60,297 bases of DNA, filler included, from 4 parts of 4 records of this genome joined end to end with filler, not necessarily neighbours in it; one strand, 5' to 3'; counted from the first letter of the whole stretch, positions 46,198 to 57,303 are shown. The notes: a model not told the origin generated them from the letters alone. A program made the numbers and translations.

Positions 46198-48705
46198 CTA
46201 TCTTGTTTTAGGTTTTTCGTTTTGCATTTCGATAAAATCAGCTCCAGTGCGGAAATCACCAATTAAATGCTTGCAGAAGTACTCACTTCTTAGCCAGAAA
46301 GAGTATTCGCTCATGTTACCAAAACCATGACGCTGTCCTGGGTACATGAAAAAATCAAATCTCTTGTTGGCTTTTATCAAGGCATTAGCAACTCTTACAG
46401 TATTTGCTGGGTGTACATTGTTATCAATATCACCGGTAACCAATAAAAGTTTACCTTTTAGATTCTTAGCCAAACTCGGGTTGGTTGCAATTTTGTATTG
46501 GAAAGTGGTATCCTTATCCGTTACAATTTCTTTTACACCATGATGTGTTTCACTCCACCAGCGATTGTAAATGTTGTTGTCATGATTACCGGCTGCAGAA
46601 ACGGCTGCTTTAAAGAAATCAGGATATACAAACATTGCCGCAGTAGACATGAATCCACCACCTGAGTGACCAAAAATACCAACTTTGCTGATATCAATAA
46701 AGTCGTGGCGATTTGCCAAGCGTTCCAAAGCTACTTTCTTATCTAGTAAAGGATAATCTCTCATGTTTTGATATCCATAGTTGTGATACCACTTTGAACG
46801 ATCAGGGTGACCACCTCGATGTCCCATGGTTACAACAATAAAACCAAACTGTGCCATACGATCAGCTCTGTCCATTCTGGTTGAGAAACTCTTGTAAACA
46901 GCTTCGGTTTGAGGACCAGGATATACGTAGGTTAGAATTGGATATTTCTTATTAGGATCGAAGTTAAAAGGCTTGTACATAACACCATACAAATCGGTAA
47001 ATCCATCGGCAGCCTTAACTGTAAATGGCTCAGGAAATTTGTAACCTGCTTCGAAAAGCAATGAAAGATCAGCAGTTTCCAAATCCATAATCTTATTACC
47101 ACGAACATCGTATAATTTCGATTCAGGAGTAGTGTTTACTCTTGATGAATTGTTAACGAAATAGTGAGTCTGATCGTTAAGGCTTACACCATGGTCGAAA
47201 TTACCTTTGTTCAGTAATTTTAAACCACTACCATCAAAGTTTACTCTATACAAGTGTACATAGTATGGATCTTCGCCTTTTTCTTTACCGTTTGCTGTAA
47301 AGTAAAGAACACGGTTTTTCTCATCAACACCTTGAACTTCGTCTGCATGCCAAGCACCAGAAGTAATTTGATTCTTTACATTTCCATTTGCATCGTAAAG
47401 ATAGAAGTGAGCCCATCCATCTCGTTCCGACCAGTGAATGAATTCTTTTCCTTTGTTGATAGAAACCAAATTACGAGTCTCAATGTATGTATTTAGTCTT
47501 TCTTCTATCAAGACATTTACTTCACCTGTTGTTGTATTTGCAGCACAAATATCAACGCGTTTCATATCACGACTTTGACGCTGGAAATAAATGATATCGC
47601 TGCTTGCAGACAACCATTTCGAGAATTTTAGATTATCATCTCTGTCCATTTTCTTTCTCGGAGCTCTTAAAATTCTAAGAGTTTGATCTTTCCATTGATC
47701 AGCATCGATTTTGACAGATTCTTTGCTTTCCCAATCGAAAACCAATAACTCATATTGTGGAGCTTCTTTTTCTCCAGCCATGTGGTATCGGTAGGTTTCC
47801 AAGGTAGGACGACCTTCTGCAACCGAATTGATTACCCAAAGATCTTTCACTTTACGCTCATCTTCGCGTGTAATAGCGAACTTTTTTGAATCTGATGAGA
47901 AGGTTACCCAAGCTTCTTTACGATCGTCTTTTTCCTTCTCTTTTTCGCGATTGGTTTTTCCATAAGAACTGCTACCATAGCAATAGTGTTCTTCGCCATC
48001 AGTGGTTAGTTGGTGCTCAACAATAGTAGAGTCTTTTTCGTTTTTCTGAGCTTTTTTATAATTCTCAGCATCCATCCAATATAAGTTGTGATGCTTTGCA
48101 AAAATTACATACTCCTCATTTGGAGCTACAGAAGCCCATTCTTTTTGCTCAAGAGGTTTTTCAAAATCATCAAGAAGAACTAGCTTTTTACCTGCTATAT
48201 TGTATTCGAAGTGCCAAACTTTGGCTACCATTTTTTTCTTCTTGTCTTTTTTCTTTTCCTCTTTGTCTTCTTCTTGCTTGTCTCCGTCTTCTTCATCTTT
48301 TTCCTCTTCTTCAGCAAGCTTACTCTTTACTTCAAACTGAAGAACTGATTCATTTTTAATGAATTTTAGCTTTTTAATGCTAAGGTTTTGTCCATTGAAA
48401 GGATCTCCTGTTAAACGGCTCATGTCGGCAGCCATCTTTACAGTATTGAATAGCTCCTTTTTGCTGTTACCAGCAGGATTTACCAAATAATACTTTTGTC
48501 CGTCGGAAGTACGGTAGCTATACCAGAATTTTTCTCCGTTCTTTAGCCAATGAGGATAAACTTTGGTTGAGAATACCATTCCCTTTAGTTTGGTAGGAGA
48601 GAACCTTGAAGGCAATTCATAGTTTGCTTCAGTCACAGGTGTTTTCTGTGCAAACAAACCAAATCCTATTAACAATAATAGGAGGGTCATTACATTTTTT
48701 TTCAT
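46198..48705 (-). CDS. S9B dipeptidyl-peptidase IV-like peptidase
   Basis: Signal peptide; DPPIV propeller (SERDGWAHFY); VYPGP, GHSGGG, DNNVH and HGF triad motifs. Confidence 0.92.
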   Translation of the reverse strand: MKKNVMTLLLLLIGFGLFAQKTPVTEANYELPSRFSPTKLKGMVFSTKVYPHWLKNGEKFWYSYRTSDGQKYYLVNPAGNSKKELFNTVKMAADMSRLTGDPFNGQNLSIKKLKFIKNESVLQFEVKSKLAEEEEKDEEDGDKQEEDKEEKKKDKKKKMVAKVWHFEYNIAGKKLVLLDDFEKPLEQKEWASVAPNEEYVIFAKHHNLYWMDAENYKKAQKNEKDSTIVEHQLTTDGEEHYCYGSSSYGKTNREKEKEKDDRKEAWVTFSSDSKKFAITREDERKVKDLWVINSVAEGRPTLETYRYHMAGEKEAPQYELLVFDWESKESVKIDADQWKDQTLRILRAPRKKMDRDDNLKFSKWLSASSDIIYFQRQSRDMKRVDICAANTTTGEVNVLIEERLNTYIETRNLVSINKGKEFIHWSERDGWAHFYLYDANGNVKNQITSGAWHADEVQGVDEKNRVLYFTANGKEKGEDPYYVHLYRVNFDGSGLKLLNKGNFDHGVSLNDQTHYFVNNSSRVNTTPESKLYDVRGNKIMDLETADLSLLFEAGYKFPEPFTVKAADGFTDLYGVMYKPFNFDPNKKYPILTYVYPGPQTEAVYKSFSTRMDRADRMAQFGFIVVTMGHRGGHPDRSKWYHNYGYQNMRDYPLLDKKVALERLANRHDFIDISKVGIFGHSGGGFMSTAAMFVYPDFFKAAVSAAGNHDNNIYNRWWSETHHGVKEIVTDKDTTFQYKIATNPSLAKNLKGKLLLVTGDIDNNVHPANTVRVANALIKANKRFDFFMYPGQRHGFGNMSEYSFWLRSEYFCKHLIGDFRTGADFIEMQNEKPKTR

Positions 48706-48846
48706 GATTGGTTGTGTTGTCAATAAGTTAAGCCAATAAAAGTACATAAGCTTTGTTTAAGAAAAGATGTTTTCCAGTACTTTTCGATAAGTTATATCTT
48801 TTTCTCGTTGAATTATCCTGCGCATATAGCTGGTAGAAATCTGTAG

Positions 48847-51093
48847 TTAAATTCCTCTTGTGTATTGTACATTTGTTGTAGGGTAAATCACTTGCTTGAT
48901 TTCAGTTTCTACTTCCTGCTTTCCATTGATCAGGTCCTCAAATAGTTTTATAAGTTTGGCTTGGTCGATATCAATTTTAGTGTTGGTTTTTATATCTCTT
49001 AAATCGATAAAAAAGTTAGAAAATGTTTCTGGAAGATCGGATACAATTGCAGTGTTTAGGAAATTTGTTTGGTTGTATATATTATGGTAGTTTCCTTCAG
49101 TTTTTTCCAGGTATAAGGATTCATTTTTAGAATTGACAATCGTTGATGCTTTTAGGCAGTTCTGAATACAAGTTTCATCTATCTTGTTTTTATGGCAACC
49201 CGTAACCTGATGAAACAGGCATTGTCGGCTTGTCATTAATACAATTGGGTGATAGATGCTATAGAATAACTTAAAGTCCTCAGGCGATTTAATTGCTTTA
49301 ATTTGATTTTTATTGATCTCGTTAGAGATAAAGGAACCAGAACAATTCAATTTTTCTTTCAAAGCCAACAAACTGTAAGAATTCACAACATTCAGTTGCG
49401 GACCAGCGATCCAATCCATTCCATTTTCAAATGCTACCTGAGCAATTCCAGTATTATTTGTTACGATTAATTTGGGTTGCAGCTCTTCTAAAAAACGGAC
49501 TGCTGCATTGTAGTTTTCATCAATTAGTAATGAGGGAAACCAAGGGATTAGTTGATTGTTTTTTCTAAAGAGATCAAGATATTGATCAAGCTTATCGCCA
49601 AAACAATTTGGAAGCTGAAAGTAAATATCTACAGAAGTTTCCTTACAAATTTCTATCTCTTTCTCCGAAGATATCAAGACGGAAATACTCGCTTGATTAC
49701 TTAATGGTTTTGATCTATTTAATTTTGGTAGAACAATTGGTTCAAGATTTTCACGGGAATTGTTTAAGATGAAAAGTATTTTCTTTTTAAGAGAAGTAAG
49801 CTCTTTAAACGGTAGATAAAGTGTACTTTCTATTCCCTCGAAATCGATTTTGTCGATAAAATATTCGCTCTCATTAAATGCCTTAAACCGTTTAATTACT
49901 GAATCGTAATTTAATTCCTGAGTGCCTTTATCCGAAAGTGCAATGCCTGATTCCACAATGAATGTTTTATCAGGAGTTTCTATCCTAACTTTTAAAGGAG
50001 AGCTGCCTTTTCCTGATAAACTAATTTTTAAAGGAGCTTTAGCAGCATTTATTTGTTTGATTTTACTTTCAATAGAAGCTTTAATTTCATCTTTTTCGGC
50101 ATACAATTTCAAACGATCTTTTTCCAACTCTTCATCTGAATTGTACTTGTTAATTTCAGATAAATGCAGGATAGAATGATCACGAGGATTATCAATAAAC
50201 ATATCCTTATTGATATCACCTTTTAAAAGGGTATTTGAAAAATCGCGATTGAACACCTTATAAAGAATGCTGTTCTTGTCGTTAATCTCATTTTGCTTGA
50301 AGAAGATCTGAATGTGCTTTTTCCAGGCGTCTACAACAGAATATACATAGTCGTACTTTTTAATTCGTCCCTCAATTTTAAGGGAATATACTCCTGCATC
50401 GTACAATTCTTTCAAATCGAACCAGGCAGAATTGTCTTTAAGATTAAGTGGATACTCTTTACCTTCGACAGTTCTTTCATATCTATCACGGCAAGGCTGG
50501 CTGCACCTTCCTCGGTTTCCCGAGTTGCCAGTCTGTACTGAACTGATGTAGCAAAGACCCGAAAAAGAAATACAATTGGAGCCATGAACAAATACCTCGG
50601 TTTGTACTTGATGTTGATGTCCGAATTCACTTAGCTTTTGGATCTCCTGAATGTTCAATTCTCTGGAGAGGTTCACCCGTGTGCTATTCAATCGGCTCAA
50701 GAATTTTATTTGAGCTTGATTGTGGGTTGTGAATTGGGTAGAGGCATGTATTTTAAGTCTCTTGAAATACTTAGACAATAGATACAACATGCCTAAATCC
50801 TGAACAATCACACCATCAATACTTGTGTTGACTAGCTTATTGAGAAGAGCGATTAGAGAAGGGATTTCATTTTCGAGTATGATGATATTCAGGGTTAAAA
50901 ATACTTCACAATCATTCTGATGTGCGAGTCGTAAAATTCCCTGTAAATCGTCAAAACTTATATTTGCAGCTCTGTTTCTGGCGTTGAATTTATCCAATCC
51001 ACAATAAACCGCATTTGCACCAGCAAGAATTGCTGCTTTTATGGCATCGATATCACCACCTGGTGCCAATAATTCTATTTTTCTCTTCTCCAA
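48847..51093 (-). CDS. Peptidase U32-family protein (RlhA-like RNA hydroxylation protein)
   Basis: ELLAPGG, HASTQ, EVFVHGSNCISFSGLC, NRGRCSQPCR and LKIEGR. Confidence 0.88.
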   Translation of the reverse strand: MEKRKIELLAPGGDIDAIKAAILAGANAVYCGLDKFNARNRAANISFDDLQGILRLAHQNDCEVFLTLNIIILENEIPSLIALLNKLVNTSIDGVIVQDLGMLYLLSKYFKRLKIHASTQFTTHNQAQIKFLSRLNSTRVNLSRELNIQEIQKLSEFGHQHQVQTEVFVHGSNCISFSGLCYISSVQTGNSGNRGRCSQPCRDRYERTVEGKEYPLNLKDNSAWFDLKELYDAGVYSLKIEGRIKKYDYVYSVVDAWKKHIQIFFKQNEINDKNSILYKVFNRDFSNTLLKGDINKDMFIDNPRDHSILHLSEINKYNSDEELEKDRLKLYAEKDEIKASIESKIKQINAAKAPLKISLSGKGSSPLKVRIETPDKTFIVESGIALSDKGTQELNYDSVIKRFKAFNESEYFIDKIDFEGIESTLYLPFKELTSLKKKILFILNNSRENLEPIVLPKLNRSKPLSNQASISVLISSEKEIEICKETSVDIYFQLPNCFGDKLDQYLDLFRKNNQLIPWFPSLLIDENYNAAVRFLEELQPKLIVTNNTGIAQVAFENGMDWIAGPQLNVVNSYSLLALKEKLNCSGSFISNEINKNQIKAIKSPEDFKLFYSIYHPIVLMTSRQCLFHQVTGCHKNKIDETCIQNCLKASTIVNSKNESLYLEKTEGNYHNIYNQTNFLNTAIVSDLPETFSNFFIDLRDIKTNTKIDIDQAKLIKLFEDLINGKQEVETEIKQVIYPTTNVQYTRGI

Positions 51094-51216
51094 AATATCT
51101 CTAGCTACGATAGATGTACATTCAATCTATTTAGCTCCAAAAGTAAATATTTTAAGAAGATCTTTTCTAGTTTTACTGTTATTAGATTGGTTTATGACAG
51201 TATTTAAAGCTAAAAC

Positions 51217-52332
51217 TTACTTAATTAAATCTATGACCTTATCCATATCTACATTGGGGTTTCCAATAAAAAGTACTTTCATGTTATCATCAAGTAAAAC
51301 CATGGTTGGAAACCTGTCAAGTGGGTTTAGTATTGTCAGAAATTCCTTGGAAGCATAAGCATGATTCCAATTGATTTGTTTAAGATCAATTAGTTGTTTC
51401 ACATAGGATGACCGACGATCTTTCGAATTTATTGAAATAATATCGAGTTTATCTTTATGAGATTGATACAAAGTCTTTAGTTTTGGTGTTGCGGCAAGAC
51501 AAGGTCCACACCAGGTTCCCCAAAACTCTACCAAAGTAAATTTGCCATTTCCTTTGAATGATTGCAGAGATGACTTTTCAAAATTCAGTTTCTTGAAAAA
51601 TAGGTTCGGTGAGGTATCACCTACTTTTATGGGCGAAAGTTTAAGGTTTTGGTTATCGTTAAGTGATGAATACATGTGTATATCATCATTTCTATTTTCA
51701 ACCCATTTGATTTTTTCAGAACAAGTTGGAACACTTGAATTCTGAATTTCTATGAATTTTCTTACTCTTGTTTTCTTAGATTTCTTAAAATAAGTCTCTT
51801 GTCTTAAAATTAAATTGCTTTTAAACGATAATCCATAAAAGAACTGATCTCCTTTAATTGTTTCGCCATTTTTTTCAATCCAAATGTAACTTTGAATAAA
51901 ACTATTCTCTGCTTTGTAGCATTCGTACTTTTTACCTTTTAAATCTGATGTCTTCTTTTGTGTCTTTTTGTAATGACCTTCAGGGAAATCTCTTCGTCTC
52001 GAATAATATTTGGATTTTTTACCAGTTTGAGCATTGTAGGAGTAGGCTGCATCATCAGTTTGAACGATACAATCGTAAGGATAAGTGATGCTTTTATATG
52101 TTTTTTCGGCGTAAAGCGTATCTGCACTGATTATATACAAATGATTGTAGGGCATATCAGCATTTACCAGTATACCCATGTTTTTTTGAGAATTGTTCAG
52201 TGCAGGATGATTCTCTTTTTTACCATCAGAATTGATTGTGTAAGCATCGTAGAGATAGGCAGTTCTTTTGGCTTGAGCATTTGCTATTAGATGAAATGCA
52301 ATAAATAGGAATAGAAAACTTAATTTTTTCAT
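51217..52332 (-). CDS. TlpA-like disulfide reductase with an N-terminal extension
   Basis: Signal peptide; EFWGTWCGPC thioredoxin motif; cis-Pro FPT. Confidence 0.85.
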   Translation of the reverse strand: MKKLSFLFLFIAFHLIANAQAKRTAYLYDAYTINSDGKKENHPALNNSQKNMGILVNADMPYNHLYIISADTLYAEKTYKSITYPYDCIVQTDDAAYSYNAQTGKKSKYYSRRRDFPEGHYKKTQKKTSDLKGKKYECYKAENSFIQSYIWIEKNGETIKGDQFFYGLSFKSNLILRQETYFKKSKKTRVRKFIEIQNSSVPTCSEKIKWVENRNDDIHMYSSLNDNQNLKLSPIKVGDTSPNLFFKKLNFEKSSLQSFKGNGKFTLVEFWGTWCGPCLAATPKLKTLYQSHKDKLDIISINSKDRRSSYVKQLIDLKQINWNHAYASKEFLTILNPLDRFPTMVLLDDNMKVLFIGNPNVDMDKVIDLIK

Positions 52333-52375
52333 TATTGGGAAATTTTGATAGGAATAAGTTTATCTGAGCAAATCG

Positions 52376-52900
52376 TTATTTGTATGTTCGTATTCTTACG
52401 ATATCAATTTTTTTGGTTTTATCGAATACTATTAGCGGAACATCATAGAGATTAAAAGAGTAGGAGATGTTTTCTTTTTCTTGTTTATATACTCGAACAT
52501 CATTACTTTTAAAGGTGACCATCATTATGGTATTGTCATTTGCATCAAGTAAGGTCATTTCATAGTATTTTCTTCTTCCTTTCTTGTCTTTGTATTTTTC
52601 AACCATTTCATCTGCACTTGTAATCTCCAGGTGATAAGTTTGTAAACCATAGGCATATGCAGATGCTTCATCTATGCCAGAATATGTCCTGGAATTATAA
52701 TGTCCGCGTTTAATTATAGCTTGAGAACTTACGGGTAATTTGGTACTTAAAGAGGTAAAAGTAAATTCAGTAGTTACCCCACCAAGTTTGTCTATTAAGG
52801 ATTGAGCAAATGTTCCATTTGTAATGCAAAGAATAACAATCAGAAGTAGATAGATTCTAATATTTAAATTTCCTTTTGGCTTGTTTAGTGTTTTTTTCAT
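52376..52900 (-). CDS. Secreted hypothetical protein
   Basis: 174-aa ORF with a signal peptide (TFAQ), in a co-oriented gene run. Confidence 0.65.
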   Translation of the reverse strand: MKKTLNKPKGNLNIRIYLLLIVILCITNGTFAQSLIDKLGGVTTEFTFTSLSTKLPVSSQAIIKRGHYNSRTYSGIDEASAYAYGLQTYHLEITSADEMVEKYKDKKGRRKYYEMTLLDANDNTIMMVTFKSNDVRVYKQEKENISYSFNLYDVPLIVFDKTKKIDIVRIRTYK

Positions 52901-52912
52901 TTTTTGAATCGT

Positions 52913-53704
52913 TTAAATTTTACTGGCTTTTATTGAATACATGTAAGGGATTTTATCTCCATGTTTTTTGGAAACCCATTTTCCTTTTTCTATTTCGATT
53001 AGGTTGGGGAAGCAGTTGTAAACCTGATATGGGAACTCGTTTAGGAATTCAATTTGAAGTCCACTTTTTATTAAACTGTTGATTACGTCGCTAAGGCTAT
53101 GATGCCATTCAACATGCTTTAAGTTTTTTTCTTCAACTTCTGAATTGTCGGTGTAGGATTTATCGACTCTGGTTTCTATAGCCTTTGTTTTAAAATAGCT
53201 TTCTGATATTTCAAATTCATCGTTCATGCTATAAACGAAAGGATGAAATTCTACCATATAGAATATGCCACCTGGCTTTAAATATTTGCGAATGACCTGT
53301 GCCCATTTGTCAAGATCATCCAACCAATTGATTGCCCCGTAAGAAGTGTAGACAATATCAAAACTTTCATTTAGAATATTTTCTAAATCGTATACATTTG
53401 AACGAATAAACCGGGCAGGAATGTTTAATTCCGAAGCCAATTCCGTAGCTTTATCTATGGAAGTATCAGACATGTCAACACCAGTTACTTCAGCACCTTC
53501 ACGTGCTAAGGACAAGGTATCCATTCCGAAATGACATTGTAGGTGAAGCAATTTTTTCCCTTTAAGGTTTCCCAATTCTTCAAGCTCGATATGGTTTAAA
53601 GATGATTTTCCACTTTTAAAACCTTTTAAATCGTAAAAACTAGAATCAGCATGTAAGGTGGTTAATTCGTTCCAGCTTTCTCTGTTGTGTTCGAAACTGT
53701 CCAT
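52913..53704 (-). CDS. Class I SAM-dependent methyltransferase
   Basis: LLHLQCHFGMDT, FDIVYTSYG and LKPGG. Confidence 0.9.
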   Translation of the reverse strand: MDSFEHNRESWNELTTLHADSSFYDLKGFKSGKSSLNHIELEELGNLKGKKLLHLQCHFGMDTLSLAREGAEVTGVDMSDTSIDKATELASELNIPARFIRSNVYDLENILNESFDIVYTSYGAINWLDDLDKWAQVIRKYLKPGGIFYMVEFHPFVYSMNDEFEISESYFKTKAIETRVDKSYTDNSEVEEKNLKHVEWHHSLSDVINSLIKSGLQIEFLNEFPYQVYNCFPNLIEIEKGKWVSKKHGDKIPYMYSIKASKI

Positions 53705-53713
53705 AGCTAGTAT

Positions 53714-54559
53714 TTATATCGTAGGTGAAACTTTTAGCATTTTATGCTTTTTAAAAGCATATAGTATAAAACCAAGCCCAACCAAAATGTAGGGAATACT
53801 TAATAGTTGTCCCATGTCTAATTGCATGTTGGCTTCGAAATCCACTTGTCTTTCTTTAAGGAATTCGATAAAGAAGCGAGCCGTGAAAATGAGTAGTAAG
53901 CAAAGACCAAAGAAGAAACCGTTTTTGAGATGTTCTCTTTTGGTTTTGTACAGCCAAAAGCTAATGGCAAATATCAGAAAGTAGGATAGGGCTTCGTACA
54001 ATTGAGCTGGGTGTCGTGGAATTAAATCTACTCGTTGGAATACAAATCCCCATGGCTTGGTAGTAGGCATTCCAATAATTTCTGAATTCATAAGATTGGC
54101 AAGCCTAATAAAAGCGCCACCCAATGCTGCTACAACAGCGATTAAATCAATAGTATCGAGAATGGCATGTTTTGTTTTTTTAGAATAGATAATCAAGGCA
54201 ACAATAAGCCCCAATGCACCTCCATGACTTGCCAAGCCTTGATAGCCAGTAAATTTTATTCCTCCTTCATTTAAAAATTTAATAGGAAGAATCATTTCCA
54301 AAGGATTTGAAAAATAATAAGCTGGTTCATAAAACAAACAATGTCCCAGGCGAGCTCCTGCCAATATTCCTACAATTCCATAAATGGATAGTTTCTCCAG
54401 GTTGGCATCCGGAATATTTTCACGTTTAAAAATCCAGCCTAAAATGGATATGCATAAAAAAATACCTGTTACAAATAGCAATCCGTAGTAGCGAATCGAA
54501 ATGCCGAAAAGATTAATAATTTCCGGTTCGGGGTTCCAATTAATGTAATTCAGAATCAT
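53714..54559 (-). CDS. lgt: Prolipoprotein diacylglyceryl transferase
   Basis: RYYG, GARLGH, GLASHGG, RLANLMNSE, RHPAQLYE and RFFIEF. Confidence 0.95.
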   Translation of the reverse strand: MILNYINWNPEPEIINLFGISIRYYGLLFVTGIFLCISILGWIFKRENIPDANLEKLSIYGIVGILAGARLGHCLFYEPAYYFSNPLEMILPIKFLNEGGIKFTGYQGLASHGGALGLIVALIIYSKKTKHAILDTIDLIAVVAALGGAFIRLANLMNSEIIGMPTTKPWGFVFQRVDLIPRHPAQLYEALSYFLIFAISFWLYKTKREHLKNGFFFGLCLLLIFTARFFIEFLKERQVDFEANMQLDMGQLLSIPYILVGLGFILYAFKKHKMLKVSPTI

Positions 54560-54994
54560 ATACTGATTAATTCTTAAGAAGTGTTGATTCAACTCTCTTG
54601 AATTTAATTTCAAAAGAATCATGCACTTATTTGGTGTGAATAGATCTGGTAAATTTACATATTAATTCATTATGAATTGAACTGCTTGTGGTAAAAAGAA
54701 AAATTATAAATAGACAAGGATGATTTGAAATATTCTTAACTTCTTCTATTCTGTAGATTAAATAGGAGAGGTTTACTATGTGTTATTTTCTTTGTTAATT
54801 CCTGATATTCACGGTAAATGTTCATAATATCAGATTCTTGATGTATGAATTGCTTTCTCTTTTTAATACAAAACTTAAGACAATATCAGACATTACCGGA
54901 AAAGATTTTCCTAAGCTAGGTTTAGGAGCTAACGGAAAGTATTTACAACATTTCCTATCGTAGGAAATGGATTTCCTAAAATAAGTTAGAGCCT

Positions 54995-55094
54995 NNNNNN
55001 NNNNNNNNNNNNNNNNNNNNNNNNNNNNNNNNNNNNNNTTAATTAATTAANNNNNNNNNNNNNNNNNNNNNNNNNNNNNNNNNNNNNNNNNNNN
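54995..55094. other. Artificial contig-joining spacer
   Basis: 44 N + TTAATTAATTAA + 44 N. Confidence 0.97.
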
Positions 55095-56612
55095 AGTTTG
55101 CCGAGTCGCAATACTTTCAGCGTGAATCTGCTCGACATGCTGAGGCAGATTTCAGAGAAGACCGGTGTGAAGATTGGTGTCGACGCGACAGTCAAGTCGG
55201 TGCCCGTCTCGGTGGCCTTCGACTGGACCAACATGCCGGTGCCGCTGGCCTTGCAGAGGATTCTGGAACCGACCGGCTACACGTTCCGGGCGGTTGAAGA
55301 TGCCTATTTGGTGTACCATCCCATCACCAACACGTTCATGGGTGACGATCTGCGTCAGGCATTGCAGGACATTGCAGTCTCGGCAGGCGTGACGATTGTC
55401 ACCGACCCGAACGTGGCTGGTGAGGTCTACGCAGAGCTTCAGGACGTCCCGCTGGAGACGGCCTTGCGGACGATTCTGGCCGGTTCACCGTTTGTGGTGA
55501 AGGTGACGCCGGATTACTACCTCGTAGCCGATCGTGGCATCGAGGGCGATGCCTTCCCGGAGGTCAGTGAAACGCAAAGTGTGCGGCTGAACTACGCCTC
55601 GGCCAGGGACGCCATGCAGTATCTGTCGCCGGCGTTCGAGCCGTATGTGAAGGCCAGTACCGATCCGAACAGCCATATGGTTTCGATCACGGCCGCGCCC
55701 ACGATGATGGCCCGGATTATAGCAGACCTGCGGCGTTTGGACGTTCGCCCGCGTCACGTGCTGCTCGATGCCCGGATCGTGTCCATGGAACGCACGGATC
55801 TGCTGGATGTGGGCGTCGAATGGGGCTTCCCGCAAATCAGTGCCGGTATGTTCGGCGCCGATACGGCGGTCACGTGGCCCTGGGGTGTTCAGATTGGCTA
55901 TTCGCCGGACCAGACATTCACCAATTCGCTGCTGATGGCGTTGAATCTGCTCCAAGAGAATGGCCAGGCGGATATCGTCTCGAATCCGCAATTGCTGGCT
56001 CAGGATGGCAAGGCGTCTGAGATTCGGGTCATGACGGAAGAGTACTACATGCTCCAGCCGCAGGTGACCAATACCGCCCAATTCTTCAGCACGACGGAGA
56101 TGGTAACCATTACCTCCGGGACGCAGTTGCACATCACGCCGCGGATCGGTGACAACAATGACATCACGCTGGAGTTGGCCGCCGAGGTCAGTGACAGTAT
56201 TCCCGCTGCGGCCGAGACACAGCTTCCCGTCGTGACTCGTCGTACGGCTCGAAACGTCGTGACGCTCCAGGATGGTGGTACCGTGGCGCTGGCCGGGTTG
56301 ACCGAAAACCGCTCGATGAAGAGCGATCGAGAGGTTCCAGGCTTGAGCAAGATACCGCTGTTCGGTGGCTTGTTCAAGAACAAGAGTGGTCAAGGGGTCA
56401 CGAAAGAGATCGCCGTGTTTGTGACGGCACATCTGGTCCCGGAAACCGGCCAGGCAGCACCGCGGCCGGTGGCACAGAACTTCGGCATGCAATCTCAGCC
56501 ACAGTTCCCGTCGCAGCCGCAGGTGCAGCCGCAGCTATCGCCGCCGGTCAACGCGGCGCCCGACGACTACCGGCGCCGACTTGAGCAGAGTATCATCAAT
56601 CAGCCTCGGTGA
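55095..56612 (+). CDS. Secretin (GspD/PilQ family), 5'-truncated
   Basis: N-domain repeats; VLLDARIV, NPQLLAQDG, LHITPRI and LQDGGTVALAGL..VPGLSKIPLFGGLF..VFVTAHLV. Confidence 0.9.
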   Translation, partial: SLPSRNTFSVNLLDMLRQISEKTGVKIGVDATVKSVPVSVAFDWTNMPVPLALQRILEPTGYTFRAVEDAYLVYHPITNTFMGDDLRQALQDIAVSAGVTIVTDPNVAGEVYAELQDVPLETALRTILAGSPFVVKVTPDYYLVADRGIEGDAFPEVSETQSVRLNYASARDAMQYLSPAFEPYVKASTDPNSHMVSITAAPTMMARIIADLRRLDVRPRHVLLDARIVSMERTDLLDVGVEWGFPQISAGMFGADTAVTWPWGVQIGYSPDQTFTNSLLMALNLLQENGQADIVSNPQLLAQDGKASEIRVMTEEYYMLQPQVTNTAQFFSTTEMVTITSGTQLHITPRIGDNNDITLELAAEVSDSIPAAAETQLPVVTRRTARNVVTLQDGGTVALAGLTENRSMKSDREVPGLSKIPLFGGLFKNKSGQGVTKEIAVFVTAHLVPETGQAAPRPVAQNFGMQSQPQFPSQPQVQPQLSPPVNAAPDDYRRRLEQSIINQPR

Positions 56613-56639
56613 CAAAGGTCAGCCAAGGAGTAAGAAACG

Positions 56640-57110
56640 GTGTGGGTTAAACAAGGACATATAGTGCGGACGGTAGCCATCGTCGGACTGATGGCTGCCC
56701 TGACTCTGGAGGTGATCGGGTGTAAGGCTCAGCCGGCCCAGTGGTCGGAGCTTGGAGCCGGTGGTGCTACGGGTGCCAGGCGCGAGCCGGAGAAGCCGCA
56801 ACGTCGCGGAAGCTACGGGTCGATCCAGATCGTGCCTCAGAGCAACCGCGAGGTGGCCGATCTGAGCCCTGACGATGTGGTGAAGGTGATGCGGCGGATC
56901 GGTTTCACGGACGAGCAGATTCTCGAGCTCGGAACCGATTTGCACGATGCGATGCTGACCTCGGGCGCCGTTCGGGTCATCGACCGGCAGGAGACCGAAG
57001 CGATTGCCCGTGTCAACGGCATGCAGGTGTACATCGGGTCGCGTACACGAGGCAACTTCGTTTACGATTTGGGCTACGGCCAGTTCGTAACGCCCGGCGG
57101 TCGTCGCTAG
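56640..57110 (+). CDS. Hypothetical lipoprotein
   Basis: AAGGAG RBS with GTG start; hydrophobic signal ending in VIGC. Confidence 0.7.
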   Translation: MWVKQGHIVRTVAIVGLMAALTLEVIGCKAQPAQWSELGAGGATGARREPEKPQRRGSYGSIQIVPQSNREVADLSPDDVVKVMRRIGFTDEQILELGTDLHDAMLTSGAVRVIDRQETEAIARVNGMQVYIGSRTRGNFVYDLGYGQFVTPGGRR

Positions 57111-57127
57111 CAGCGTCGTTACGCCAG

Positions 57128-57303
57128 TTGCCCGTACCTCCTAAGCAGCTACCTCCGGTTAACGTCCAGAAAACCGGCTTACCACCCGGACGAGGGTGGT
57201 CTCTTCTTTCGGCACCTTGAGGCTCCGCACTCGCGGCGTTCATGCCGTGCTTTTCATCGAGTGTTCTGCCCGAGGCCCAATCTCCACAGGTTCGACGAGC
57301 CAA
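57128..57303 (-). ncRNA. Candidate 6S-like structured RNA
   Basis: About 175 nt with complementary ends (GCUCGU/ACGGGC, ACCU/AGGU), internal hairpins (CGGCA..UGCCG, ACCACCC/GGGUGGU) and a TGTAAT -10-like box just upstream. Not verified with a covariance model. Confidence 0.45.
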
